NCBI GenBank assembly: GCA_963665095.1
Contig: OY762069.1
Coordinates: forward strand, 6,016,001 to 6,080,000
DNA: 64,000 nt
Direction: 5' to 3'
Source: an uncultured Desulfobacter sp.
GTDB lineage: Bacteria; Desulfobacterota; Desulfobacteria; Desulfobacterales; Desulfobacteraceae
The notes under the pieces: generated by a model
Seen by the model: only the letters and a program-made list of their open reading frames with translations
What the model was told of the DNA's origin: nothing
Databases searched by the model: none
Program-made: the position numbers and the translations under genes
In this document: positions 20,532 to 30,825 of the stretch, in pieces
Numbering within the stretch: the stretch's first letter is position 1
How the letters are laid out: each line of letters starts with the position of its first letter

Positions 20532-21911
20532 TCAGATATTGTACTTTTTTATCCGGTCATATAGCGCAGACCGGCTGACCCCAAGTATTCTGGCCGCTTC
20601 TGACCGGTTTCCGTTCACCTGGTTCAGGCATACTCTGATGGCGTTTTTCTCAGCGGTTTCCACTGCGGTCTTAAGGGATCGGACCGAACCGTCTGCAGGC
20701 GTTTCTGACACGATCCGGGGCAGGGCCAGGTGTACCGGTTCAATGATGTCCTGATCCGCTAAAATCATGGCACGCTCCAGCATGTTTTCAAGCTCCCGCA
20801 CATTGCCCGGCCAGTGATAATTCTCCAATGCAGACAGGGCGGCATGGGAAACGGTGCTTTTTTTACGGTCAAGTTTCAGGCTCAGTTTGCCCAGCAGCAC
20901 GTCCACCAGGCCCTTGAGATCCTCCATCCGCTCTCTTAAGGAGGGGATCTGAATGGACATGACATTGAGCCTGAAATAGAGGTCAGACCGGAACTGCCCG
21001 TTTGAGCACATCTTTTTCAGATTCCTGTTGGTTGCCGCAATGACCCGGCAATCCACCTGGATGGTCTGGCTGCTGCTGATCCGCTCAATTTCTTTTTCCT
21101 GGAGCACCCGCAGCAGTTTGGCCTGCATATCCAGCGGCAGGTCTCCGATCTCATCCAGGAAGATAGACCCCCCGTCTGCAATCTCAAACTTTCCCTGTTT
21201 TCCCTTTTCCCGGGCCCCGGTAAACGCGCCGCCCTCATACCCGAACAACTCAGACTCAATGAGCTGGGCCGGAATGGCCGCACAATTGACTTTTATAAAC
21301 GGCCCTGCCTGCCGCTGGCTGCTGTGGTGGATGGCATGGGCAAACAGTTCCTTACCCGTTCCGCTCTCCCCGGTGAGCAATACATGGGTCACGGTTTGGG
21401 ATGCCTTTTGGGCCATCTTTACGGTTTCCAGGAAGGCCGGACTCTGACCGTAAATATGGTCCCAGGTGTATTTAGCCGCATTCATCCGGGAGAGCACCTT
21501 TTCATACTGACGGATCTTGGATTCCAGAAGGCGGTTGGTCTGAATGATCTCTTTCATGTTCTCAACGGTTTCAAAAAGGACCATGCCAAACCCGTAGGCT
21601 ACGTTTCCGGCCTCGTCCAGAACCGGAATCCTGTGGACTATGGCTGTTTTCCCATTGACAAAGGTATGCTTCCAGGCGATCTCTGCCTGTTTGTTTTTAA
21701 ATACGGCCGGCCACCTTGTATTCCTGTCGATCTCAAGGGCATTTTTGCCGAGCATGTCCTTTTTGTCAAAATTCAGAAACCTGGCAAATGCCCGGTTGAT
21801 GAGTTGAACCTTCATCTCGCCGTCCACCAGAATAATGGGAATGGGAATGGGATCAAAAATTTTTTCCATGGTCCGGATCAGGTCTGTCCGCTGAATCCAC
21901 CTGGTTTTCAC
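20532..21911 (-). CDS. PAS-domain sigma54-dependent activator
   Basis: [22 protein letters not shown], Fis HTH; GTG start after AGGAGG. Confidence 0.93.
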   Translation of the reverse strand: MKTRWIQRTDLIRTMEKIFDPIPIPIILVDGEMKVQLINRAFARFLNFDKKDMLGKNALEIDRNTRWPAVFKNKQAEIAWKHTFVNGKTAIVHRIPVLDEAGNVAYGFGMVLFETVENMKEIIQTNRLLESKIRQYEKVLSRMNAAKYTWDHIYGQSPAFLETVKMAQKASQTVTHVLLTGESGTGKELFAHAIHHSSQRQAGPFIKVNCAAIPAQLIESELFGYEGGAFTGAREKGKQGKFEIADGGSIFLDEIGDLPLDMQAKLLRVLQEKEIERISSSQTIQVDCRVIAATNRNLKKMCSNGQFRSDLYFRLNVMSIQIPSLRERMEDLKGLVDVLLGKLSLKLDRKKSTVSHAALSALENYHWPGNVRELENMLERAMILADQDIIEPVHLALPRIVSETPADGSVRSLKTAVETAEKNAIRVCLNQVNGNRSEAARILGVSRSALYDRIKKYNI

Positions 21912-22217
21912 TGGCCGCCTCCTGATTAAATTGAGTCCACCACGCAAAGGGTGTCGCCCCTGGCGAATCATGAAAGAACTTCAGGGAATTTGCCTGATCT
22001 TTTCACATAACCATTTATAACACAATGAATTTATTCAGTCCTGGATATTCCCGCACTGCAGTTGCCAGGCATAAGCGTATGCGTTCTATCTATTTTTTTA
22101 AGCGAGCATTGGCGAAAAGATTTTCGGGCGGTAAGATTCCTTGACTATCCAAGGGTAAAACTCTACAATTTTACATCTTTAAACAAACTCTAAAAATCGT
22201 TCAAAGAGGAGAAACAG

Positions 22218-23342
22218 ATGAAAAATTTTTATTTTGTCTTGATATTGCTGCTCCTTTTAGGCATGCCTGCCGGGAGTTTACAGGCTGACACCCCGTGTGC
22301 CGTGGATATCTCAAGTCTTGATCTGGGGCTTTTCCAAAGAATTTCAGTAAACGAATCCGTGACTATTACCGCCGATGCCGTCTCAACCTGTGAGGGAGAC
22401 ATCTATTACAGGTTTGACCTTATTCCGGGATATAATACAGAAAACTATGATGCGAACAACGTGTACACTACGATTCAGGATTTCTCCCTGGAAAACAGTG
22501 TCACCCATACCTTTACCAGTCCCGGCAACTACATTATCGTAGCCTTTGCTTCGGCCACCCAGGGGTTTCCCGTTGGCGCCTATCCCATAATCGGAGGTTC
22601 CATTATTGTTCTGCCGCAAGAAAGTGATATGGCGCCTGCCATTCAGGTCGCCCAGGACGTCTCTCATCTGATTTCGTCCACAGAAGCCGTCTATTCAACT
22701 CAGGAAGCCGATGCCATCACAGGGAATGTCGGTTACGCAGAAAGCCTGGCCTGTCCCGACGTTACCTTGACAGGTGCCGGGTTGAATCTGACCCTGACTC
22801 TCACCTACAGCTCAGGCTGTGAGCTTGACGGCATTCCAGTGGAGGGTACTGCCATTGGATCATTGTCTTACCAGACAGGCCAGGGCATTAATATCAGTCT
22901 TGTTTTCAGCGATTTCACCGTTGATCAGAGCAGTGTTGACGGCAACGTGAATATCAATGCCAATACCATACAGGGAGCCGAGATAACATTGAACTCAGCG
23001 CTTGCTTACACCGACATTTCAGGCGATACACAAAGTCTGTCCATTACCAATATGGCTGTTTCTGTTGATACCGGCAATACGCTCCAATACCCCAACGACG
23101 ACACTTACATCCTAAACGGAACCGGTACATATACGGACAGTTCCGACACTTCCTATACAGTGACATTTACCAATGTGGTGTCAACTTTCGACTGCTACGT
23201 GCCTGTTTCAGGAATCGCCAGCATTACCAGTTCCGATGGCACTTACAACGCGACCATTGATTTCGGTGACGACACCTGTGATACTGTGGTGATTATTACT
23301 ACCAACAACGTCACCATACCAATAGACCTTTCCGCGTTGTAA
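22218..23342 (+). CDS. Secreted/surface protein, acidic and Thr/Ser-rich, unknown function
   Basis: Signal peptide, Ig/PKD-like first domain, beta-rich C-terminal part ending IDFGDDTCD; RBS GAGGAG. Confidence 0.75.
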   Translation: MKNFYFVLILLLLLGMPAGSLQADTPCAVDISSLDLGLFQRISVNESVTITADAVSTCEGDIYYRFDLIPGYNTENYDANNVYTTIQDFSLENSVTHTFTSPGNYIIVAFASATQGFPVGAYPIIGGSIIVLPQESDMAPAIQVAQDVSHLISSTEAVYSTQEADAITGNVGYAESLACPDVTLTGAGLNLTLTLTYSSGCELDGIPVEGTAIGSLSYQTGQGINISLVFSDFTVDQSSVDGNVNINANTIQGAEITLNSALAYTDISGDTQSLSITNMAVSVDTGNTLQYPNDDTYILNGTGTYTDSSDTSYTVTFTNVVSTFDCYVPVSGIASITSSDGTYNATIDFGDDTCDTVVIITTNNVTIPIDLSAL

Positions 23343-23364
23343 TCCTAAAAAAGAGGTGAAATTT

Positions 23365-23400
23365 AGCCCCTCCTCCCGTAAAGGGATAGGGGCTTTTATT
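23365..23400 (+). terminator. Rho-independent terminator
   Basis: AGCCCCT..TCCC/GGGA..AGGGGCT followed by TTTATT. Confidence 0.65.
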
Positions 23401-23596
23401 AATCCCGATCACCTGACAGATGGAGACATCTGCCATGGATGAGGCACAGGCACCCGGCAGAGGAGTAAATACAGCATGTGGCGAAGGGATTTATTACACG
23501 TCATTCATTCTGAAAGTTGCTTTTGTTCGATAATAATGGCATCTTTTCTGGCAGTTTAGATAGTTTTTAAACCCATGGAATCAAGGAGTTTATAAA

Positions 23597-24829
23597 ATGA
23601 AAGTTCAAAAAGTTGTTGATGATATTTACCGCCTTGCCGTGAATATTGAAGATGAAAAGTATCTTTTTGAGGGGATCTGGCCCATTCCCCACGGCATTTC
23701 AATTAACGCCTATCTGATCAAGGGGGAGAAAAATGTCCTCATTGATCTGACCCAGGATATCATGGACTTTCCAACGGCCATTGCCGGGCAGATGGAAGGG
23801 GTCAGCATTGCTGTGGAGGACATTGATATCATTGTGGTCAACCACATGGAGCCGGACCACTCAGGCTGGCTGCGGGAGTTCTGCAAGCGGAACACCAAGG
23901 GTGTTATCTACTGCACGAAAAAGGCCATTCCCCTGCTTGAAGCCTTTGGCAGCGTGCCTGCGGAAAGGGCCATTGCCATCACGGACGGGATGACTCTGGA
24001 AGTCGGGGATTATGAGCTGCAGTTTTTTGAAACCCCCAATATTCACTGGCCTGAAACCATGATGACCTATGAGAAAAAACGCGGCATTCTGTTTGCCTGT
24101 GACGCATTCGGCTCCTACGGCAAGCTCGAAGATGACGCTATTTTTGATGACCAGCTTTCCCAAGAGAAACACGCCTTTTTTGAAAACGAGGCATTGCGGT
24201 ATTATGCCAACATTGTATCTTCGTTTTCCGCATTTGTCCTCAAAGGCTTAACCAAGCTTGGCGGGCTGGATATCAAAATCATCTGTCCGTCCCACGGTAT
24301 TATCTGGCGGGATAATCCCAGTGTGATCATCGGCCATTACAAACGCTATGCCGAGTACAGCAAGGGCCCCGGTGAACGGGAAGTGACACTGGTCTGGTCC
24401 AGCATGTACGGCAGTACAAAATCCATGCTCAATCTGGTGGTTGAGACCTTGAGAAAACATAGGATCCCTGTCCATGTTTTCCAGGCCCCCGGAGATGACA
24501 TCGGTTATATCCTGGCCAGTGCCTGGAAATCAGCAGGGCTTATTTTCGGCATGCCCACATACGAGTACAAGGTGTTTCCGCCCATGGCCCATGTGATTGA
24601 CGAGCTTCTGGTGAAAAAAGTCACCAACAAAAAGGTGTTCAGGTACGGCTCATATGGATGGGTCGGGGGCGCCCAGCGGGATTTTGAAGCAAGAATCGCA
24701 AAGTCAGGCTGGGATCTGCTTGATTTCTACGAATGGCAGGGGGCACCCACCCCGGAGGATGAAAAGAACATGGCAGCCGCCCTGGATGCCTATTGTGAAT
24801 CGTTGATTCAGTTCACCCCGGAAAAGTAA
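23597..24829 (+). CDS. fprA: Flavodiiron protein (A-type flavoprotein)
   Basis: NHMEPDHSG, HWPET, DAFG, PSHG, flavodoxin SMYGST and GSYGW. Confidence 0.93.
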   Translation: MKVQKVVDDIYRLAVNIEDEKYLFEGIWPIPHGISINAYLIKGEKNVLIDLTQDIMDFPTAIAGQMEGVSIAVEDIDIIVVNHMEPDHSGWLREFCKRNTKGVIYCTKKAIPLLEAFGSVPAERAIAITDGMTLEVGDYELQFFETPNIHWPETMMTYEKKRGILFACDAFGSYGKLEDDAIFDDQLSQEKHAFFENEALRYYANIVSSFSAFVLKGLTKLGGLDIKIICPSHGIIWRDNPSVIIGHYKRYAEYSKGPGEREVTLVWSSMYGSTKSMLNLVVETLRKHRIPVHVFQAPGDDIGYILASAWKSAGLIFGMPTYEYKVFPPMAHVIDELLVKKVTNKKVFRYGSYGWVGGAQRDFEARIAKSGWDLLDFYEWQGAPTPEDEKNMAAALDAYCESLIQFTPEK

Positions 24830-24869
24830 AAAAACAGTTTTATTGCCGGGGATAAACCGTACAAACCAG

Positions 24870-24907
24870 AGCCAGCCCGCTATTGCTGCGGGCTGGCTGT
24901 TTTTTTA
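24870..24907 (+). terminator. Rho-independent terminator
   Basis: AGCCAGCCCGC-7 nt-GCGGGCTGGCT plus T-run. Confidence 0.8.
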
Positions 24908-24979
24908 ACCAGGCCTTCTCAATGCCTTTAATTCCAGCCCATTCATCCCGTACCTGCTTAACTGAAATATCTGTTGCGT

Positions 24980-25079
24980 CATCCCCGACAGGGGCACACA
25001 GCCACCGTGTCAGGGGGCAGGTCACAAGCTTGTCTGCGAGAATTTCCTTCACCGACATATCCGTCTGATACTGGGCCAT
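24980..25079 (-). pseudogene. Possible thiolase-family internal fragment
   Basis: MAQYQTDMSVKEILADKLVTCPLTRWLCAPVGDDA resembles the thiolase segment AQ..E.L....PLT...C.P..DGA. Confidence 0.45.
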
Positions 25080-25140
25080 GGGTGATTATCCCTTTTCATA
25101 TATGGCTAATCGGTAAAAAGCCGGGTCTTCATTTTCAGAG

Positions 25141-25620
25141 TCAGGCCATTTTAATAAAAGCGGATGTGTCATAGGTCTGTATGGCTGACGGATTGGCCAG
25201 ATGAACCCGGTACCCTTGTTCCTGGAGGCCATCCATCAGCCAGTACCAGTTGTATGTTGATTTCACAACTACAGCTTTCAAATCCTTCTGATATGGTTCC
25301 ATTGCTTTAAGCGCATATGGCAGATGGTTTTCAACCCGCTTGCCAAAGACCTTGTTGTCATGTTCGTCAATAATTCCAATGTAATTATTGCTTGAAGGCA
25401 AATCGATTCCAGCTATCAGTTGCATACGGCACCTCCTAGATCCTTTATTATTAATATTTTTTTTGGACCATAACATGTTGTTATGGTTGGGGAGGTGCCA
25501 TTTTTTTAGTGGGTGATGTCCATAGGGTCTTAATCCCATGCGAGACATCTTTCTGGTACGCTGAGAATTGTTGGCGTTTAACCTTCTGTGGTATTCTTTT
25601 AGGCCTTTAGATGATTATCA
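25141..25620 (-). mobile_element. IS110-family remnant: 5' non-coding end plus N-terminal DEDD domain fragment (ATG 25425)
   Basis: MQLIAGIDLPSSNN...VVVKSTYNWYWLMDGL...HLANP. Expected GIDLH and VEST motifs are altered, and the frame ends after about 94 aa. Confidence 0.8.
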
Positions 25621-25675
25621 GAGTAAAATTAAATTGGCGGTTTGATTTAATTTTACTCTGACCCCAATTATTTTT

Positions 25676-27244
25676 TTATTGCAGGTCCATGCCCGCTCCC
25701 TTACGGACGTTTAATTTGCGCATGCGCGAGGCAAACGTGGAACGGTTGATGCCCGAAGCCCGGGCAGCCCAGGTGATATTCCAGTTGAACTTTTCCATTA
25801 ATGCAGTGACATAGGCCTTTTCAAGATCCGGCCAGGTCATGGCTGAGATGTCACGCAGGCAGCCGTTTTTCGGGCTTTGCAGGGCGGAAGGGCTCTCGTC
25901 TTTTTCATCTGGGGATATGTCAGATCGCTCACTGTTCCGGATATGTTCCGGCAGGTCTGCCGGACCGATAACGTCTGCAGGCGCTGTGACCATCAGATAC
26001 CGGACAAGATTTTCCAGCTCGCGGATGTTGCCGGGCCAGGTGTAGGCCATCAGCTGCTGCATGGCCTCGGACGCCATTTTTTTGCCGTAAGTTTTTGCCT
26101 TACCCGCTTCACTGTCCAGAAAATGGTTGGCCAGTAAGGGGATGTCCTCTTTTCTGTCTCGCAGGGGCGGCAGATGCACCGGCAGAACTGCCAGGCGGTA
26201 ATAGAGATCCTGGCGAAACCGGTTTTCCTGGATCATGCGGTTCAGATCTTTGTTGGTGGCAGCAATGATCCTGACGTTGATGTGCAGGACCCGGCTTGCA
26301 CCCAGAGGCTTTATTTCATTTTTCTGCAGCACCCGCAGAAGTCCTGCCTGGGTACTTAACGGCATATCCCCGATTTCGTCAAGGAATACGGTGCCGCCGT
26401 CCGCTGCTTCAAACAGGCCGGCCCGGTCCTGGTTGGCCCCGGTGAACGCCCCTTTTTTATAACCGAACAACTCGCTTTCCAGAAGGGTTTCTGGAATAGC
26501 TGAACAGTTCTGGACCAGAAAGGGCTGGTCCACCCGGCTGCTGTCCTTGTGCAGGCGCTCTGCCACCAGCTCCTTGCCCGTGCCGCTTTCTCCGGTGATC
26601 AGGACGTTGAAATCCGTATCTGCATAGCTTTTGACCAGTTCCACGCTTTTATGAAAACCCGGGCTCTGACCGATGATGGTCTCTTCTTTTTTCACCCGGG
26701 ACAGGGCCGAGGTCAGCTGCCGGTTTTTTTTGCGCTCACTGGCATAACGAATGGCATTGCCCATGGCAATGGAACAGATCCCGACCAGATTCTGAAGATG
26801 CTCAAGATACGAGGGCTCCAGGTTCAGCCGGATACGATCCGGGTTGGTATCAATGATCTGCACGGCGCCAAATACCTCCCCATCCCCCACCAGCAGAGGA
26901 AAGCACAGGATCTGGCTGCTTTTTACGGCAAAATGGGCCTCAAGCTCCCGGTTGTGGCGGCGGTCCGACCCTGCTTCTGCAATGGTCATTTTTCCGTTCT
27001 CAATCACCCATCCCACAATGGAGGGCTGGCCGGCATCAAGGGCCACCCCCCGGATATTTTCACTCTCCTGGCCTGCTGCTTCCACACACACATAGGTCTG
27101 GCCCCGTTTAATCCAGATGGAACCCCGCCGGACATTCTGGATTCTGAGCAGGGCATTGAGAAATTTTTTCTGCAACAGCCCGGGATCCAGTTCTTTAAAC
27201 AGGTCATAATTCCAGATGGGTCGGTCTTCTTTTCTGTCAGTCAT
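25676..27244 (-). CDS. GAF-domain sigma54-dependent activator
   Basis: GAF-like N-terminus, [25 protein letters not shown]. Confidence 0.93.
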   Translation of the reverse strand: MTDRKEDRPIWNYDLFKELDPGLLQKKFLNALLRIQNVRRGSIWIKRGQTYVCVEAAGQESENIRGVALDAGQPSIVGWVIENGKMTIAEAGSDRRHNRELEAHFAVKSSQILCFPLLVGDGEVFGAVQIIDTNPDRIRLNLEPSYLEHLQNLVGICSIAMGNAIRYASERKKNRQLTSALSRVKKEETIIGQSPGFHKSVELVKSYADTDFNVLITGESGTGKELVAERLHKDSSRVDQPFLVQNCSAIPETLLESELFGYKKGAFTGANQDRAGLFEAADGGTVFLDEIGDMPLSTQAGLLRVLQKNEIKPLGASRVLHINVRIIAATNKDLNRMIQENRFRQDLYYRLAVLPVHLPPLRDRKEDIPLLANHFLDSEAGKAKTYGKKMASEAMQQLMAYTWPGNIRELENLVRYLMVTAPADVIGPADLPEHIRNSERSDISPDEKDESPSALQSPKNGCLRDISAMTWPDLEKAYVTALMEKFNWNITWAARASGINRSTFASRMRKLNVRKGAGMDLQ

Positions 27245-27452
27245 ATCTTCACGCCTCTTATTGCCATAAGAAAAGTTTGTCTCCTTTTTTAATTCAGAGC
27301 GAACGTGTGCCAGTGACAGGGCGAATCAGTCTTCTTGTTATATTTAACCTGTATACAGTTGTTTTAATGAAATTTAAACAGCTATAATGTTGATATTTCA
27401 CATGCAGATATAAATATGCTATAGAATCAAATAGATAGTTTCAAAAAAATTT

Positions 27453-27467
27453 TGGCACAGAAAATGC
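27453..27467 (+). promoter_or_regulatory. sigma54 promoter
   Basis: TGGCACAGAAAATGC = GG-N10-GC, divergent from an activator gene. Confidence 0.8.
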
Positions 27468-27515
27468 TTTTACCTGATTCCAGCAGGCATGAACCTTTTT
27501 GAAAGGAGATACATC

Positions 27516-27998
27516 ATGGAACAAAGAATTAAAATAAGCCCCCTGGATACGGCCATATTGACCTGCCCGGACTGCGGGCGCAGCAAAATACTGCAATTGT
27601 CTGAATATAAGCTGGAAAAACGGTTTACCAAATTAAAGTACACCTGTCGTTGCAATCGGACCTGCATGGTTACCCTTGAAAACCGGTTGGACAGGAACAG
27701 CCACAGATGTTTTGCCGGCACCTATACAGCCCCCGGTGTTCGGCAGTGCACAGGACCCATGGTGGTCAAACGCCTGGACTCCAAAGGCCTGACCCTTAAA
27801 ACCAACCGGGACCAGAATATCCTTCCGGGCATTACCCTTGAGGTGGAGTTTGTGCTGGACGACGCCAAGCAGTCAATGGTGAAAAAAGATGTGCGGGTCA
27901 CCGCCCGTCAGGGAAATTATCTGACAGCAGAATTCCTGGTGGCCAACCATGTGGATGATTTAGGCGATTACCTGTTTTTCAACAAACTGTATGTCTAA
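27516..27998 (+). CDS. Zn-ribbon plus PilZ-like domain protein
   Basis: CPDCG...CRC, then a PilZ-like barrel with degenerate motifs; RBS AAGGAG. Confidence 0.65.
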   Translation: MEQRIKISPLDTAILTCPDCGRSKILQLSEYKLEKRFTKLKYTCRCNRTCMVTLENRLDRNSHRCFAGTYTAPGVRQCTGPMVVKRLDSKGLTLKTNRDQNILPGITLEVEFVLDDAKQSMVKKDVRVTARQGNYLTAEFLVANHVDDLGDYLFFNKLYV

Positions 27999-28113
27999 GA
28001 CGGGCCGTGGGCTGGTGCTTTTTTCTGACTATGCCCTTTAGCGGGCTGCTTTTTTCAAATTATCCATTACCTATATTCCCCCCTTCTAATATTCATTTTT
28101 CTCGAATTTTTTA

Positions 28114-28136
28114 TTGACAAATACCGGCTGGTCGGT
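28114..28136 (+). promoter_or_regulatory. -35 box and TetR-type operator
   Basis: TTGACA at 28114 followed by palindrome ACCGGCTGGTCGGT upstream of tetR. Confidence 0.6.
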
Positions 28137-28202
28137 CATCTATTGCATATCTCATAAATGCTCTTTAATTACAAGAATATATAATTGACCCAAAGGTCAT
28201 AA

Positions 28203-28811
28203 ATGCAAAAACGACAGGAAAATAGAGAGAAAAAGCAGGCCGCGATTCTTGGGGCAGCGCTGGCGGTTTTTTCGGAAAAAGGCTTTGCCGCCGCTAAAAT
28301 CATTGATATTGCAAAGGCTGCCAATGTGGGGAAAGGAACTATCTACGAGTATCATAAAAGCAAGGAGGATCTGTTCTTTGCGTTGTGCCGGTGGTATGTG
28401 GACCAGATGGCAAAAAACGCCATGGTCGATGCACAAAGTCTGGGCGGCGACGCTGAAAAAAGGCTTCGGATTCTGATTACCTCCCTGGTCAACGCCTTCT
28501 ACCGCGAAATTGACAGCTTTGCGCTCTTTCTTGAATTCTGGGCAGCCGCAGGAAATCCTGCCACCCGGGACAGGTTCCGTTCAATTCTTTTGTCTGTTTA
28601 CGACCAGCTTCGCAATATTATCATCACACTGGTGGATGAAGGCCGAGAAACCGGTATTTACCGCCAGGATGTAGACAGTCTTTCCATTGCTGCAGGACTG
28701 GTGGGGGCCATGGACGGGATGATGCTCCAGGCGTGGATGGACCGGGATTTTGATGTGCTGCCGGCAGCGGACCGCGTCATCAACACACTTATCAGAGGCA
28801 TGAAACCATGA
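28203..28811 (+). CDS. TetR/AcrR family regulator
   Basis: IAKAANVGKGTIYEYHKSKEDLF. Confidence 0.93.
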   Translation: MQKRQENREKKQAAILGAALAVFSEKGFAAAKIIDIAKAANVGKGTIYEYHKSKEDLFFALCRWYVDQMAKNAMVDAQSLGGDAEKRLRILITSLVNAFYREIDSFALFLEFWAAAGNPATRDRFRSILLSVYDQLRNIIITLVDEGRETGIYRQDVDSLSIAAGLVGAMDGMMLQAWMDRDFDVLPAADRVINTLIRGMKP

Positions 28812-29566
28812 AAAAATTTTTATTTCAGGGACTCATCCTGGCTTTTCTCGCATCAAAGGCGTTTGCAGGAGAACCGGATGCAACGGCGCTTGTGGCAAAG
28901 GCCTGGGACTACATGCGCGGGACAACCTCGGTGTGTACGGTCACCATGACAGTACACCGGGCGGACTGGGAAAGAACGTCTGTCATCAAGGCCTGGACCC
29001 GGGGCCGGGAGGATTCCATTTTCCAGATCATATCACCCAAGAAGGACAAGGGTAACGGGACGCTGAAAACCGGGAGGGACATGTGGACCTTTAATCCCAA
29101 GATCAACCGGGTGGTGAAAATTCCACCCTCCATGATGTCCCAGTCCTGGATGGGGTCTGATTTTTCCAACAATGATCTTTCCAAGGCTGATACCATTCTC
29201 AATGACTATACCCACGAAATTGTTGAGACACAAACCCTGGACGGTGTCACGGTGTATAAAATCAAATCCATTCCCAAACCTGACGCCCCGGTGATCTGGG
29301 GCATGCAGACCCTGCTGATCCGGGAAGATGCCATCATTGTTGAACAGGCGTTTTATGACGAGGAGATGGAAGCGGTAAAAATCATGACCGCCTCTAATAT
29401 AAAGCCCTTTAACGGCAGGTCTTTTCCGGCAACATGGACCATGCGCGCCATGGATGCCGAATCAAAGGAAGAGTATACCCGTCTGGAATACCAGGATCTC
29501 ACATTTGATCTTCCTTTAAAGGACAGTATGTTTACCCTGAACGCGCTCAAAAAACCGTTGAGGTGA
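28808..29566 (+). CDS. LolA-like outer membrane lipoprotein-sorting protein
   Basis: Signal peptide, SP..DKG.GTL, SWMGSDFSNNDL. Confidence 0.85.
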   Translation: MKKFLFQGLILAFLASKAFAGEPDATALVAKAWDYMRGTTSVCTVTMTVHRADWERTSVIKAWTRGREDSIFQIISPKKDKGNGTLKTGRDMWTFNPKINRVVKIPPSMMSQSWMGSDFSNNDLSKADTILNDYTHEIVETQTLDGVTVYKIKSIPKPDAPVIWGMQTLLIREDAIIVEQAFYDEEMEAVKIMTASNIKPFNGRSFPATWTMRAMDAESKEEYTRLEYQDLTFDLPLKDSMFTLNALKKPLR

Positions 29567-29570
29567 TAGT

Positions 29571-30803
29571 ATGGAACTCCTCATGGCCTGGCGGAATCTG
29601 CGGCGAAACCCAAGGCGTACTCTCCTGACCATCCTGGCCATTGCCTTTGCCTGCCTGCTGCTGGTCTTTATGCTTTCCATGCAGGTAGGTACCTACGAGG
29701 TGATGATCAATGCATCGGTGAAAACGCTCACCGGCCATGCCCAGGTGATCCGGGAGGGGTACAACCTGGACCATAAGATTCGGCAGGTCGTAGACCATCC
29801 GGATGCCATTGCCAGAATTCTGGATCAGACACCCCATGTCACAGCCTTTACCTTCCGGGGCAATGCCTTTGCCCTGCTCTCTTCGGATGAGCGGACCTGT
29901 GCAGGAATGATCACCGGCATTGATCCCCAAAGCGAAGGTGCTGTTTCCACCGCGGCCCGGACCATCCGCACGGGGCGGTTTCTCAACGGATCCGACACCA
30001 ACGCCTGCGTAATCGGCACCCTTCTGGCCAAAAAGCTGAAAACCGATATCGGAGGAGAACTGGTGGTCCTGGGATCGGCCATGGACGGGTCCGTTGCCGC
30101 CACAGTACTGACCGTGGCAGGCATTTTTTCCTCGGGCATGGATGATTATGACCGTGGGGCTATCCAGATTCCGCTGACCCATTTCCAGGAGACGTTTGTC
30201 ATGCAGGGCGCGGTGCATGAAATCGTCATTATCTGCGACGCACTTGAAAATGTAGACAACGTCAAAAAGAGTGTTTCCGCAGCACTCACACGCCAGAATT
30301 CAGGCCCAACGCTTGCCTGCCTCACCTGGGGGGAGCTGAACCCGGGTCTTGTCCAGTCTATTCAGATGGATCTGGGGGGCGGGATCATCTTTTATATCAT
30401 TCTGCTGGTCATGGTGGCCTTCAGTATCATGAACACCTTTGTCATGGCTGTGTTCGAGCGGACCCGGGAGCTGGGAACTCTTATTGCCATCGGTGCCAGG
30501 CCCGGGCGGCTGTCAAAGATGCTCATCCTTGAATCCGGGCTTCTGACCCTGTGCGGCATCACTTTAGGCATCCTTGCCGGCTGTGCCCTGACCCTGTGGT
30601 TCAGTCACACCGGCATCCCCCTGGGCGGGGCCGAGGGGATGCTGCGTCAATACGGCATCCCCGGTGAAATCAGGCCCAAGCTGACCATGGCAACCGCATT
30701 TGCCGGCCCTATGGTAGTCTTTATCATCACCATCCTTACAGCCCTTTACCCGGCCTTCAAGGTCCACCGGATCAACCCTGTGGAGGCCATGCGGTCGGTT
30801 TAA
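29571..30803 (+). CDS. ABC permease (LolC/E, MacB-like)
   Basis: AWRNL.RN.RRT, NT..MAV.ERTRE.G. Confidence 0.92.
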   Translation: MELLMAWRNLRRNPRRTLLTILAIAFACLLLVFMLSMQVGTYEVMINASVKTLTGHAQVIREGYNLDHKIRQVVDHPDAIARILDQTPHVTAFTFRGNAFALLSSDERTCAGMITGIDPQSEGAVSTAARTIRTGRFLNGSDTNACVIGTLLAKKLKTDIGGELVVLGSAMDGSVAATVLTVAGIFSSGMDDYDRGAIQIPLTHFQETFVMQGAVHEIVIICDALENVDNVKKSVSAALTRQNSGPTLACLTWGELNPGLVQSIQMDLGGGIIFYIILLVMVAFSIMNTFVMAVFERTRELGTLIAIGARPGRLSKMLILESGLLTLCGITLGILAGCALTLWFSHTGIPLGGAEGMLRQYGIPGEIRPKLTMATAFAGPMVVFIITILTALYPAFKVHRINPVEAMRSV

Positions 30804-30825
30804 GGCATAAAAATAAGGAGTTACC

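Noticed and set aside
23415..23500. GGA-loop hairpins resembling CsrB/RsmZ
   Set aside because: Few motifs and no clear promoter or terminator; chance is plausible.
27299..27312. sigma54-like TGGCACACGTTCGC on the minus strand
   Set aside because: Spacing is GG-N9-GC rather than the required N10.
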